57,127 bases of DNA, from positions 1-57,127 of the forward strand of contig CAYWSJ010000005.1 of NCBI GenBank assembly GCA_964461045.1. Direction: 5' to 3'. Origin of the DNA: an uncultured Bacteroidales bacterium. Its GTDB lineage: Bacteria; Bacteroidota; Bacteroidia; Bacteroidales; UBA12077. Of this stretch, positions 19,432-28,338 are shown piece by piece. Made by a program: the position numbers and the translations under genes. Below the pieces are notes generated by a model. That model was not told the DNA's origin and ran no database searches. It was given only the letters and a program-made list of their open reading frames with translations. Within the stretch, counting starts at the first letter, position 1. Each line of letters begins with the position of its first letter.

Positions 19432-19455
19432 ACACCCAAAAACAATATAAAATAT

Positions 19456-19486
19456 AAAAGGGATGAAAAATTTCATCCCTTTTTTT
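19456..19486. terminator. Bidirectional rho-independent terminator
   Basis: AAAAGGGATGAAA-AA-TTTCATCCCTTTTTTT between convergent genes. Confidence 0.85.
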
Positions 19487-19589
19487 AGTTCTCTTTTCCG
19501 TATTGGGAAACCCCGGGTTAATTCCGAAGAATATATTATCCTTTCATTAAAAAAAAACGGCTATTAACCCCTTGCTTTTGAATGGGTTT

Positions 19590-20357
19590 TTATAGATCTA
19601 AACTTAATTCAGTATCTATCGATTTGTTACTTGTTCCTCCGGCATAAAGAACATAATAGTTAAGTGTAATTACTTTATTTGTAGTATCAACCGTTCCGGT
19701 TCCTTCAATCATGTATGTGTCTGGGTAATTGGTATCACCTATCCACTGTCTTTGAATTTCGATAACATTGTTACAGCAAAAATCAATAACACATGATCCG
19801 TCACCATTTATCCAGGTTTCACCCCACCTGTTTACTACGAAATCTGCAAGTCCGTATATTCTTAATTGGTTTGGTATTGTAGTAATTTCAGAAATTACAG
19901 TATCGGCAACATTAATTGTGTCACTGCTTAAATATTTTCCTGTATAATCATCCATTGGATAAGGGCAAAAGGGAAGAATTTCTATCGTATCAGTTGTAGA
20001 CGTTGATTTTCCTCCCATAGTTGTTTCTTTAACCGTCAGATATGCTGTGGCTGAATCCATTGATTGAGCATATAGAATTGTTGCCTGGTTGGGATATTTA
20101 CTGTTTTTATTTATTTCTGCATCATAATTCTCGATGCTCCATTTATATGAGGATCCCCCCCGATGGATGACACTGTAATTATAGTTGCAGAATCCATCGG
20201 CTACAACCTCTTTGGGTCCTGAAATACCACCAACAAGCTCAGGTTCAATCTCATCGAAGTTATAAGTTTCTTTTTCTTCACAGCCTGAAAAAGCAAGAAT
20301 AACAACAGAAGAGATTAAGAAAACTGTTACAGTAATTATATTTTTACATCTATTCAT
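19590..20357 (-). CDS. Hypothetical surface lipoprotein associated with SusC/SusD
   Basis: Lipobox FSGC followed by acidic EEKE (resembles the Bacteroidota lipoprotein export signal); beta-rich, PKD/Ig-like N-half; 20 bp downstream of susD. Confidence 0.75.
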   Translation of the reverse strand: MNRCKNIITVTVFLISSVVILAFSGCEEKETYNFDEIEPELVGGISGPKEVVADGFCNYNYSVIHRGGSSYKWSIENYDAEINKNSKYPNQATILYAQSMDSATAYLTVKETTMGGKSTSTTDTIEILPFCPYPMDDYTGKYLSSDTINVADTVISEITTIPNQLRIYGLADFVVNRWGETWINGDGSCVIDFCCNNVIEIQRQWIGDTNYPDTYMIEGTGTVDTTNKVITLNYYVLYAGGTSNKSIDTELSLDL

Positions 20358-20377
20358 AGGTTATAATATTTGTCGGT

Positions 20378-21934
20378 TTATTGAGTATTTTTCAATGTTG
20401 ATTCATATTGTTCTTTCCATCCCGAATCTGCAGTTCCTTCCTCTCCGGCATTATCAGCGCCACCAAATGTGTAATTTGACATTTCCAGTGTTTCCAGTTC
20501 CCCGCCGGGAAGAGGCATATGCAATGGAGTTCCTTTCTGCAATTTATCAAATCTTCTCATATCAAAATATTGAATGCCCATATTATTACTGAATAATTCT
20601 ATGGTTCTTTCATAAAATATGGCATCTAATACTTCCTGCCTGGAGGCTGAAGTGCTTATTTCCATTCCCGGACCGCCACGTACAACACGGGCACTGTTAT
20701 TTAGTATGTTTATTGCCTGGGTAAGATTATTTTCAGCTCTTACATAAGCTTCAGCTAACATATAATCGCTTTCTGCTTTTCTGTAAAGTGGGATAGGTCC
20801 CTGGCCCGGAAACCCGGTATACCTTATGTTGTCGAATCTTCTGTATCTGTAAGTGGAAAAGTGATAATAACCTCTTTCCGGGTTGAAATAATGAGATACC
20901 ATGAATTGAAAATCAGTTTGAAGCCTGTAATCAGGGCTTACAGCTTCCCCGTTATTTGGAAAATTTGTATAATCTCCCTGGTATTCTTCGGGCCATACAG
21001 GAGGCAGGTCAGCTGTATCCAGCATAGCTACTACTCTCATATCCACTCTTGACCATCCTGTCCAGGTAGCATAAAAATGATACAATGATGCCCATGAACC
21101 TGCATTTTTATCTGCAGTTATTGTGTAATCCTCTGTGAGTCCTTTTCCATCCTTTAGATAATCCCTGATCTTTTCCCATCTCTCTACTTCTTCGTTCTCT
21201 GTTTGTGTTCTTGGCTCTGATAATAAAATTTTGGCAGCCATAAAATTGGCAAGGCGATAAAATCTTGCATTGTCCATAGTAACTCCATTGATCCAGGGTT
21301 CAGGAATTTCAAAATAATTTGTGCTGGCCAGGTCTATGGCTTCATTTATTGAAATAATAGCAGCATCAATAATCTCCTGGTAGGATTCTAACTCAAATTC
21401 TTCTGTGGGATCGTCGTCTTCCTTTACAATAAATCCTTTGTCAAACACCAGTCCTATATAACCCAGGCTAATTCCCTGGCCTAATTTTGCTACAGCTTTT
21501 ACCATATTCTTTTCCTGCTCTGATTCAAATTCCAGATCTGAGTTGGTATTAATAGCATTCAGTACATCATTACACATTGAAAGAAGTGAATACATGTTGT
21601 CATAGTAACTTTCTGTCATGGCTGCATCCACATAGGATGGATTATTGTTCCATGCTTTTCTTGGTTCGTAACTCATGTCGCGCATTGCAAAGTTGCCCCA
21701 TGATGAACTTGTGGCATCTGCTGCTGTTCCTAACATAAAGGCAGGTGTCTGATCAAGTCCGACATTATATAAATACCAGTTCTGAAAAACGCTGCCTGCT
21801 AAATTTTTTAAACTTCCTGCATTCTTCAGGACATCTTCCTGGTTGGGGTTATTAGGATTTTCAATTTCCAGTTCCTGGCAACCAGTTGTTAGTAGAAATA
21901 AACCAAATATTATAAGAAAAATTCTGTTTTTCAT
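20378..21934 (-). CDS. RagB/SusD family nutrient-uptake outer membrane lipoprotein
   Basis: Start MKNRIF (21934), lipobox TTGC-QELEIENPN; C-terminal AEAY...AINILN..R and YERTIELF...YFDMRR motifs; downstream of SusC. Confidence 0.88.
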   Translation of the reverse strand: MKNRIFLIIFGLFLLTTGCQELEIENPNNPNQEDVLKNAGSLKNLAGSVFQNWYLYNVGLDQTPAFMLGTAADATSSSWGNFAMRDMSYEPRKAWNNNPSYVDAAMTESYYDNMYSLLSMCNDVLNAINTNSDLEFESEQEKNMVKAVAKLGQGISLGYIGLVFDKGFIVKEDDDPTEEFELESYQEIIDAAIISINEAIDLASTNYFEIPEPWINGVTMDNARFYRLANFMAAKILLSEPRTQTENEEVERWEKIRDYLKDGKGLTEDYTITADKNAGSWASLYHFYATWTGWSRVDMRVVAMLDTADLPPVWPEEYQGDYTNFPNNGEAVSPDYRLQTDFQFMVSHYFNPERGYYHFSTYRYRRFDNIRYTGFPGQGPIPLYRKAESDYMLAEAYVRAENNLTQAINILNNSARVVRGGPGMEISTSASRQEVLDAIFYERTIELFSNNMGIQYFDMRRFDKLQKGTPLHMPLPGGELETLEMSNYTFGGADNAGEEGTADSGWKEQYESTLKNTQ

Positions 21935-21945
21935 GCCTAAAGATT

Positions 21946-24900
21946 TTAAAATTTTACAGTTAATGAAGCAGATACACTTGCATAGTTTGGATATGTGTAA
22001 GCATCCCATTTGTAATAACTTGATCCGGGCACACCACTTTCTGCATACCTTGGCATAGCTACTTCCGGATCGTATCCTTTATAATCTGTGAATGTATATA
22101 GATTTCTGCCTATGATACCTATTTTTAATTCCTTGATTATACTTTTATTGATATTAAACTTGTAGTGCAAAGAAGCCTCCCTGATTTTTACATACGAAGC
22201 ATCTTCGACAAATTCTGAGCTTATCCTGTTTTCATTGTATAACGCAGAATAATAGTCATATGTCTTTTTTTCGTTTTCCGGTTTACCATATTGATCCACT
22301 TCTGCAGCTCTGTGGTCACGGTATAGCCATTGTCTGGTTCTGTTATAAACATCACCGCCATTTTTCCAGTCTATTAGTGTATAGAGTGTGAAACCTTTAA
22401 AGGAAAAAGTATTGGAGAAACCCATTGTGAAATTGGGATTTGTATTTCCTATTTTCATCAGTGCTGGATTCCCGTTTTCATCAAGCATCTTAACCGGTGC
22501 CTCCAAAACGGTTCCCTCGGTTCCCTTTTCAATTACATAACCATCGGAGTTAATTGTGTAATTATTTTTGTTGGCATCACCAGGTAGCTGATCCAGGCTG
22601 GTAAGAAATTTTTCTCCGTATATGATACCGAAAACTTCATTTGACCTCAGGTAAAATGCTTCAGAAGCTTGTGCTTCGGGACCGACTAGTTTCGGAGGAA
22701 TGTCTAACTTCGTAATTCTTGATCGTATCCGGTCAAACGTAATTGATGAACTCCAGGAAAAATTACTGGTTTTTATGACATTGGCATGAAGCGTTGCTTC
22801 GTAAGATTCCGATTCCATTGTGGCAGCATTAACCCACTGCGTATTCCACCCCATATAAGCCGGTAGTTCTTTACGCAGAAAAACATCTTCTGTTTCTGAA
22901 GAGGAATATATTAGTTCAAGATTAAAACGGTCAAGGAATGAGGCATTCATTGCAACCTCAGTTTCTTTTGTTGTGGAAGGTTTTAAATTCTTGTTTCCTA
23001 AGTTTGATTTCATATAATTTCCACCTGAAGTGACTGTATAGGCTTCATATTGTGCCGCAAATCCAGGTCTCTGGCCTGAGGTTCCGTATGCAGCTCTGAG
23101 TTTTAATTCCTGGAAACCAGGTATGTCAAAGTCTTCGGTTAATCTCCATCCTCCTGAAATACGATAATAAGGATGCCATCTTGCATCTTCTCCAAATTTT
23201 GAAGAGCCATCATACCTGTACATGAAATCAAACAGATATTTTGATTTGTAATCAATCTGGGCTATTCCAAAAATGTTCTCAGCCCGCACAATTTCTTCCT
23301 GGCTGTATGATTGTGTTTCACCGGAAATAGCCTCCATATTAGGATTTCCTGCAACAGAAAAAGTTGTACCATAGACTGAAGATGATTCAAATTGAGAATC
23401 TTCATACAGATAACTTAATTTAACATTGGTGTTCCACTCCTCAAATTTTCTTTTAAAATGCGAAGTAAACTGAACAGTTTGATTCATCTCAAGAAAATTT
23501 GCCTGGTATAAACTTCCTTTAGATTTGTTTAAGATACCTTTTGTTGCACCTTTTACAAGATAATCGTAGGGTTCTAATTCTTTATTTGTGGCATTTCTTC
23601 TGTCAAATGAATATTTTGCTTCTATCACAATTGATTTGGTAGGACTAAATTCTGCCTGGTAACTACCAAGAACAATATTTTTATCGAGTTTTTCTTCAAT
23701 ATTTGCTAATTGGTAAAGTGGGTTGGTTTCCTGGTTATTCCAGTGACTGGCATCTAAATCATAAGGTTCTCCATTTTCTTCATTATTCCAGTTTAAATCT
23801 ACATCAGGTGTAGTTACAAGAAGATCAAAAAATGCCCCCCCGTTGAATAGGTTTACTCCGCCAGGATCATAAGAAGTAACTTTTGAATACATGTTTGATG
23901 CAGAAACATTCAGGAAATCGGTAAGTTGAATATCAATGTTGGCTCTGAATGTTTGACGGTCATAACCTTCTGTTTCTTTTATGATCCCGCCCTGCTTGTT
24001 GTTCTCGAACGAAATGTGAAAATTGGTTCCCCCAAGATTCCTGCTGACACCAATATAATTTGTATGATTTTGCCCGGTTTTGAAAAATTGTTTTTGTAAA
24101 TCATTAGTAAAGGCAAAAGGGTTGTCAACGAAATGATCCGGATCTACCTGTCTTGAACCTACAATATAGGGGCTTGATCCGTGTTTGTAATCACTCGGGT
24201 AAGTTACACCGGCATAGTCAGTATATGTATTTCCCGGGTTGTTCGGATCTTTTAGCTGGTATTTGTGGTGTGTGGCAAGATCAAGATAATTGTTTATATA
24301 GTTAACCCCGTATTCATTTCTAACGACAATTCTTGTTTCATCTTCCTCTAAACTATTTCCTCTTTTTGTATGTACAACGACAACGCCATTCCCTGCTTTG
24401 GATCCGTACAGGGCTGATGCAGAAGCTCCTTTAACTATTTCAATGCTCTCCACATCATCTATTCCAATATCCCCGAGGTTTCCCTGGAATATGGCTCCGT
24501 CCACAATTATCAGTGGCTCCTGGCTCCCAATCATGGTGGTTGCTCCCCTTAATTGTATTGTTGCTCCTGACCCCGGCTGCCCCGATGCCTGGGTAACATT
24601 AACACCTGATACTTTGCCCTGCAGAGAGGTTGCAACATCTAAAGGAGGAGCTTTGAGCAATGTTTCTGAAGTAACTTTCTCAACAGAAACAGTCATCTTA
24701 GTTTTTTTGGTTTCTGTTGCTACACCCGATACAATTACTTCCCCCATTTCTATTGGTTTGGGTAATAGTTTGATGTTAATCGTATCCCGATTGTTAATAG
24801 AAATGTATCGAGTGGCCATTCCCACATAACTACAGGCAATTGCCCCTGCACTTGACGGTATATTCCTGAGCGTGTAGTTCCCATCCATATCGGTAATTGT

Positions 24901-25053
24901 ACCAATATCGGGCTGATTTTTTACAACAATTGTAGCTCCTGGTATGGGCTCTCCTGTCTTTGCTCTTATTACTTTTCCCGATACTTGCTTTTGCGTGATT
25001 CCCTGAAAACTTATAAATAAAAAAGATAATAATAAAAGGGCTATTTTTCTCAT
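21946..25053 (-). CDS. SusC/RagA family TonB-dependent transporter
   Basis: Start MRKIALL (25053); N-terminal VSGKV...GEPIPGATIVVK; plug LQGKVSGV...GQPG...PLIIVDG, ESIEIVKGASASALYGSKAGNGVVVVHTKRG; C-terminal Phe. Confidence 0.96.
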   Translation of the reverse strand: MRKIALLLLSFLFISFQGITQKQVSGKVIRAKTGEPIPGATIVVKNQPDIGTITDMDGNYTLRNIPSSAGAIACSYVGMATRYISINNRDTINIKLLPKPIEMGEVIVSGVATETKKTKMTVSVEKVTSETLLKAPPLDVATSLQGKVSGVNVTQASGQPGSGATIQLRGATTMIGSQEPLIIVDGAIFQGNLGDIGIDDVESIEIVKGASASALYGSKAGNGVVVVHTKRGNSLEEDETRIVVRNEYGVNYINNYLDLATHHKYQLKDPNNPGNTYTDYAGVTYPSDYKHGSSPYIVGSRQVDPDHFVDNPFAFTNDLQKQFFKTGQNHTNYIGVSRNLGGTNFHISFENNKQGGIIKETEGYDRQTFRANIDIQLTDFLNVSASNMYSKVTSYDPGGVNLFNGGAFFDLLVTTPDVDLNWNNEENGEPYDLDASHWNNQETNPLYQLANIEEKLDKNIVLGSYQAEFSPTKSIVIEAKYSFDRRNATNKELEPYDYLVKGATKGILNKSKGSLYQANFLEMNQTVQFTSHFKRKFEEWNTNVKLSYLYEDSQFESSSVYGTTFSVAGNPNMEAISGETQSYSQEEIVRAENIFGIAQIDYKSKYLFDFMYRYDGSSKFGEDARWHPYYRISGGWRLTEDFDIPGFQELKLRAAYGTSGQRPGFAAQYEAYTVTSGGNYMKSNLGNKNLKPSTTKETEVAMNASFLDRFNLELIYSSSETEDVFLRKELPAYMGWNTQWVNAATMESESYEATLHANVIKTSNFSWSSSITFDRIRSRITKLDIPPKLVGPEAQASEAFYLRSNEVFGIIYGEKFLTSLDQLPGDANKNNYTINSDGYVIEKGTEGTVLEAPVKMLDENGNPALMKIGNTNPNFTMGFSNTFSFKGFTLYTLIDWKNGGDVYNRTRQWLYRDHRAAEVDQYGKPENEKKTYDYYSALYNENRISSEFVEDASYVKIREASLHYKFNINKSIIKELKIGIIGRNLYTFTDYKGYDPEVAMPRYAESGVPGSSYYKWDAYTYPNYASVSASLTVKF

Positions 25054-25498
25054 AAAATGAGGTTTTGACAATAAATGTTTAAAAATGGATGATTGCTAAT
25101 ATATAATATTTTTTTTAATCCGCAATTATCAGTTTATGATAGAATTACTTATTTAAAAGCATTAACAGAGAAGTCGATGTTTTGATGTTCTCAACATATG
25201 AAGGGAAGTCTGTTAAATTTATGAGCATGCTCTATTGGTATGATTATTTTGCTTTTAGCGAAATTTCACCGTTTAGAGTAAATTTTGATGAATTAACAAT
25301 ATTTATATGCAAAACAAAATCTATGATTGATAAAAAAAGATAAACTTCTGAATATGCTGTATTAAAGACTGTTGAAAAGTAATTGCTCATTAGAATTTAA
25401 ATTGTTAGTGATGTGTTAAAATAAAACCTTGAAGAATCTTTAAGAAATCTTTTTATATTTTTAATTTTACCATTTCATATTGAATAATAAAACTTACT

Positions 25499-26293
25499 AT
25501 GCAACAATATCTTAACCTACTTGAACACGTACTGAATAATGGTTCTGAAAAAAGTGACCGTACAGGAACCGGTACAGTTAGTACCTTTGGTTATCAGATG
25601 AGATTTAACCTTCAGGATGGATTTCCTCTGGTAACAACAAAAAAAATTCATTTACGGTCAATTATTTACGAACTGCTGTGGTTTTTGCGTGGAGATACTA
25701 ATATACAATACCTGAATGAACATAAAGTTCGAATTTGGAATGAGTGGGCCGACCCGAATGGCGAGCTTGGTAATATTTATGGTTATCAATGGCGATCATG
25801 GCCTTCTTACGATAACAAATATATTGACCAGATAAGTGAGGTAATTGATTCCATAAAAAACAATCCAAACTCCAGAAGACATTTAGTTAGTGCCTGGAAT
25901 GTCAGCGACCTTGAAAAAATGGCATTGCCTCCATGTCATATTCTTTTTCAGTTTTATGTGAATGATAATAAATTATCGTGCCAGCTTTATCAGAGAAGTG
26001 CAGACTTGTTCCTGGGAGTACCGTTTAATATTGCATCTTATTCATTGTTAACTATGATGGTGGCACAAGTTACAGGACTGGAACCTTATGAGTTTATACA
26101 TACTTTTGGGGATGCACATATTTATAAAAATCATATTGAGCAGGTAAAAGAACAATTATCCAGAGAACCAAAAGGTTTACCTGTCATGAATATTAATCCG
26201 GACAAGAAAGATATATTTAATTTTGATTATGAGGATTTTAAGCTTGAGGGTTATGATCCACATCCTCACATAAAAGGCAAAGTTTCTATTTAA
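25499..26293 (+). CDS. thyA: Thymidylate synthase
   Basis: DRTGTGT, ELLWFL, MALPPCH (catalytic Cys), [18 protein letters not shown]. Confidence 0.99.
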   Translation: MQQYLNLLEHVLNNGSEKSDRTGTGTVSTFGYQMRFNLQDGFPLVTTKKIHLRSIIYELLWFLRGDTNIQYLNEHKVRIWNEWADPNGELGNIYGYQWRSWPSYDNKYIDQISEVIDSIKNNPNSRRHLVSAWNVSDLEKMALPPCHILFQFYVNDNKLSCQLYQRSADLFLGVPFNIASYSLLTMMVAQVTGLEPYEFIHTFGDAHIYKNHIEQVKEQLSREPKGLPVMNINPDKKDIFNFDYEDFKLEGYDPHPHIKGKVSI

Positions 26294-26305
26294 AAAATAA
26301 ATTTT

Positions 26306-26794
26306 ATGTTATCACTTATAGTTGCTGCTGCAGAGAACAGTGCCATTGGTAAAGATAACGACTTGATGTGGCATTTACCAGATGATCTGAAACATTTTAA
26401 AAGAACCACGAAGGGACATCATGTGATTTCGGGAAGAAAAACATTTGAATCGCAGGGGAAAAAACCACTTCCAGGGAGAACAAACATAATAATTACGCGT
26501 CGTGAAAATTATGAAGCAAAAGACTGTATCGTGGTCTCAAGTCTTGATGAGGCCCTGGGTGCCGTAAGAGATGATGATGAGCCTTTTATTACAGGGGGTG
26601 CTGAGATATACAGAATTGCCATGCCGAAAGTGGACAGGATTTATCTAACCAGGGTTCATGCTGAATTAGATGCCGATACTTTTTTCTCTGAACCTGATTA
26701 CAACCAGTGGAAGATTATTTCAGAACAATTTCATCCAAAGGATGAAAAACACCAATACTCTTTTACTGTGTATGTTATGGACAGAAAGAAGTAA
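26306..26794 (+). CDS. folA: Dihydrofolate reductase
   Basis: IGKDNDLMWHLPDDLKHFK, GRKTFES, KPLPGRTNI, ITGGAEIY; adjacent to thyA. Confidence 0.97.
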   Translation: MLSLIVAAAENSAIGKDNDLMWHLPDDLKHFKRTTKGHHVISGRKTFESQGKKPLPGRTNIIITRRENYEAKDCIVVSSLDEALGAVRDDDEPFITGGAEIYRIAMPKVDRIYLTRVHAELDADTFFSEPDYNQWKIISEQFHPKDEKHQYSFTVYVMDRKK

Positions 26795-26832
26795 CATCTT
26801 ATTAATTTGGTTGTTATGTGAATTTATTTTTG

Positions 26833-26840
26833 TATTTTTG
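26833..26840 (+). promoter_or_regulatory. Candidate -7 promoter element (TATTTTTG) for the Thx-fusion gene
   Basis: TAnnTTTG 37 nt upstream of ATG 26877. Confidence 0.5.
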
Positions 26841-26876
26841 TGTCCTTCATTAATAAATAATTAAACTAAATAAGAT

Positions 26877-27371
26877 ATGGGAAAAGGAGATAAAAAGACT
26901 AAAAAGGGAAAAATTTTCAGAGGTTCTTTTGGAGTAAGAAGACCTAAGAAGAGTGCTAAGCTTAAGAAAAAAGCTCTGAGAAAGAATCCTCAGGCTAATG
27001 CCCCTGAGCTACAGAAAGAAATGGCTACTGAAAATCTTCAGGAACCCAAAACTAAAACGGCAACAAAGAAAACTGCTCAAAAGAAATCCGACGAAAATAA
27101 ATCTACAGAGAAGAAAACCGCAGAGAAGAAAACCGCAGAGAAGAAAACTGAAGAGAAAAAAACTGAAGAGAAAAAGCAATCCACTGCTAAGAAAACTGCT
27201 TCCAAATCTGGTAGTACAAAAAAAGAATCAAGTGAAAAGTCTTCCTCTACAAAGAAAAAAACAACTTCCGGTTCTAAAACAACAAAAAAGTCGACAGGCC
27301 AGTCTAAAGCAAAAGCTTCAGGGACGAAAAAAGAGGAAGATAAAAAGGACGAAGGAAAAGATAAAGAGTAA
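26877..27371 (+). CDS. 30S ribosomal protein Thx (bTHX)-like N-terminus fused to a Lys-rich histone H1-like tail
   Basis: MGKGDKKTKKGKIFRGSFGVRRPKK matches the Thx pattern GKGDxxTxxGKIxxGxxGxxRP; followed by ~140 aa low-complexity K/T/S/E/A tail (51 Lys of 164 aa by hand count). Confidence 0.8.
   Translation: MGKGDKKTKKGKIFRGSFGVRRPKKSAKLKKKALRKNPQANAPELQKEMATENLQEPKTKTATKKTAQKKSDENKSTEKKTAEKKTAEKKTEEKKTEEKKQSTAKKTASKSGSTKKESSEKSSSTKKKTTSGSKTTKKSTGQSKAKASGTKKEEDKKDEGKDKE
27107..27177 (+). repeat. 15-bp tandem repeat (about 4.7 copies) encoding EKKT(A/E) pentapeptides
   Basis: AGAGAAGAAAACCGC x2, AGAGAAGAAAACTGA, AGAGAAAAAAACTGA, then partial AGAGAAAAAGC. Confidence 0.85.
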
Positions 27372-27392
27372 TTATTTTATAACACAGAATAG

Positions 27393-27419
27393 GAGCCGGT
27401 TAAGTCCGGCTCTTTTTTT
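27393..27419 (+). terminator. Rho-independent terminator
   Basis: GAGCCGG-TTAAGT-CCGGCTC then T7, after the Thx-fusion stop and abutting the convergent PhzF stop. Confidence 0.85.
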
Positions 27420-28200
27420 ATTGAGTAGAGATCGTTCCTTCCATATATGTTCTTGCATTTCCCAGTAATTCAACACGGTCTTTAAGATTTCTGCAAATAA
27501 TTTTTCCGGGTCGATGGGAGAGCTGTTCTGCGTGTAAATTGTTTTTTCCAAGTTTTTTTGCCCAAAAAGGGATAAGTTTTGTGTGTGCTGAACCTGTTAC
27601 TGGATCTTCGTTAATTCCTGCTGCCGGGGCAAAAAATCTGGATACAAAGTCTGCCTTATCCCCCTGCGCCGTTACAATAATACCTCTTGTGTCTATATTT
27701 TTGAGAATGCTAAAATCAGGTTTTAACTTTTTGATATCTTCAGCAGTATCAAAAACCGCCATTATATCATCTGACTGATAAACTTCGGTGGGTCTTTTTC
27801 CAAGTCCTTTTACCAGTTCATCGCTTATGCTAATAGTTTTGTTTTCTGCCTTAGGCAATGAGAGAGATAAGTATTCATCTTCATTTTTTACAGTTAATTC
27901 ATGATGGGTTGAAATAAATTTTACTTCGTTTCGTCCTGTTTCCAGGTGAAATATCACCAAATGTGCCGAAGCAAGAGTAGCATGTCCACAAAGGTCAACT
28001 TCACATGTAGGTGTAAACCATCTTATTTTGTAGTTATTTCCCTCCTTTACAATGAATGCAGTTTCAGAAAGATTATTTTCCATTGCAATTTTTTGCATGA
28101 GTTTTTTTTCGATCATTTCTTTAAGTGGCACCACTGCTGCCGGGTTCCCCTCAAAAATATTGGATGTAAAAGCATCTATCTGATATATAGGTAAGTTCAT
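27418..28200 (-). CDS. PhzF family phenazine biosynthesis-like isomerase
   Basis: YQIDAFT...GNPAAV, SETAF, EVDLCGHATLA, EDPVTGSAH. Confidence 0.95.
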   Translation of the reverse strand: MNLPIYQIDAFTSNIFEGNPAAVVPLKEMIEKKLMQKIAMENNLSETAFIVKEGNNYKIRWFTPTCEVDLCGHATLASAHLVIFHLETGRNEVKFISTHHELTVKNEDEYLSLSLPKAENKTISISDELVKGLGKRPTEVYQSDDIMAVFDTAEDIKKLKPDFSILKNIDTRGIIVTAQGDKADFVSRFFAPAAGINEDPVTGSAHTKLIPFWAKKLGKNNLHAEQLSHRPGKIICRNLKDRVELLGNARTYMEGTISTQ

Positions 28201-28338
28201 AATAGTATTTTTTTATAAATTTATAAGTATTGAAAGACAAGCCAAATTCACTGTTTAAATTTTTATTCTAAAATATTATAAAATACTATCCTTGTCTGAA
28301 AAACTTTATAGCGTCATGATTTAATATGCATTTTTTTA

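Noticed and set aside
24398-24829. 143-aa antisense ORF within susC
   Set aside because: Mirror of the conserved plug domain codons; no independent evidence.
25054-25498. Riboswitch or sRNA in the susC-thyA intergenic region
   Set aside because: No conserved riboswitch motif or stable GC stem recognised by eye; an Rfam/Infernal scan would be needed to exclude it.
26998-27468. 156-aa Lys/Arg-rich alternate-frame ORF overlapping the Thx fusion
   Set aside because: A-rich low-complexity DNA lacks stops in several frames, and the ORF runs through the terminator into phzF.
27418-28200. Phenazine biosynthesis cluster
   Set aside because: Lone PhzF-family gene with no phzA-E/G; such orphans are widespread isomerases.
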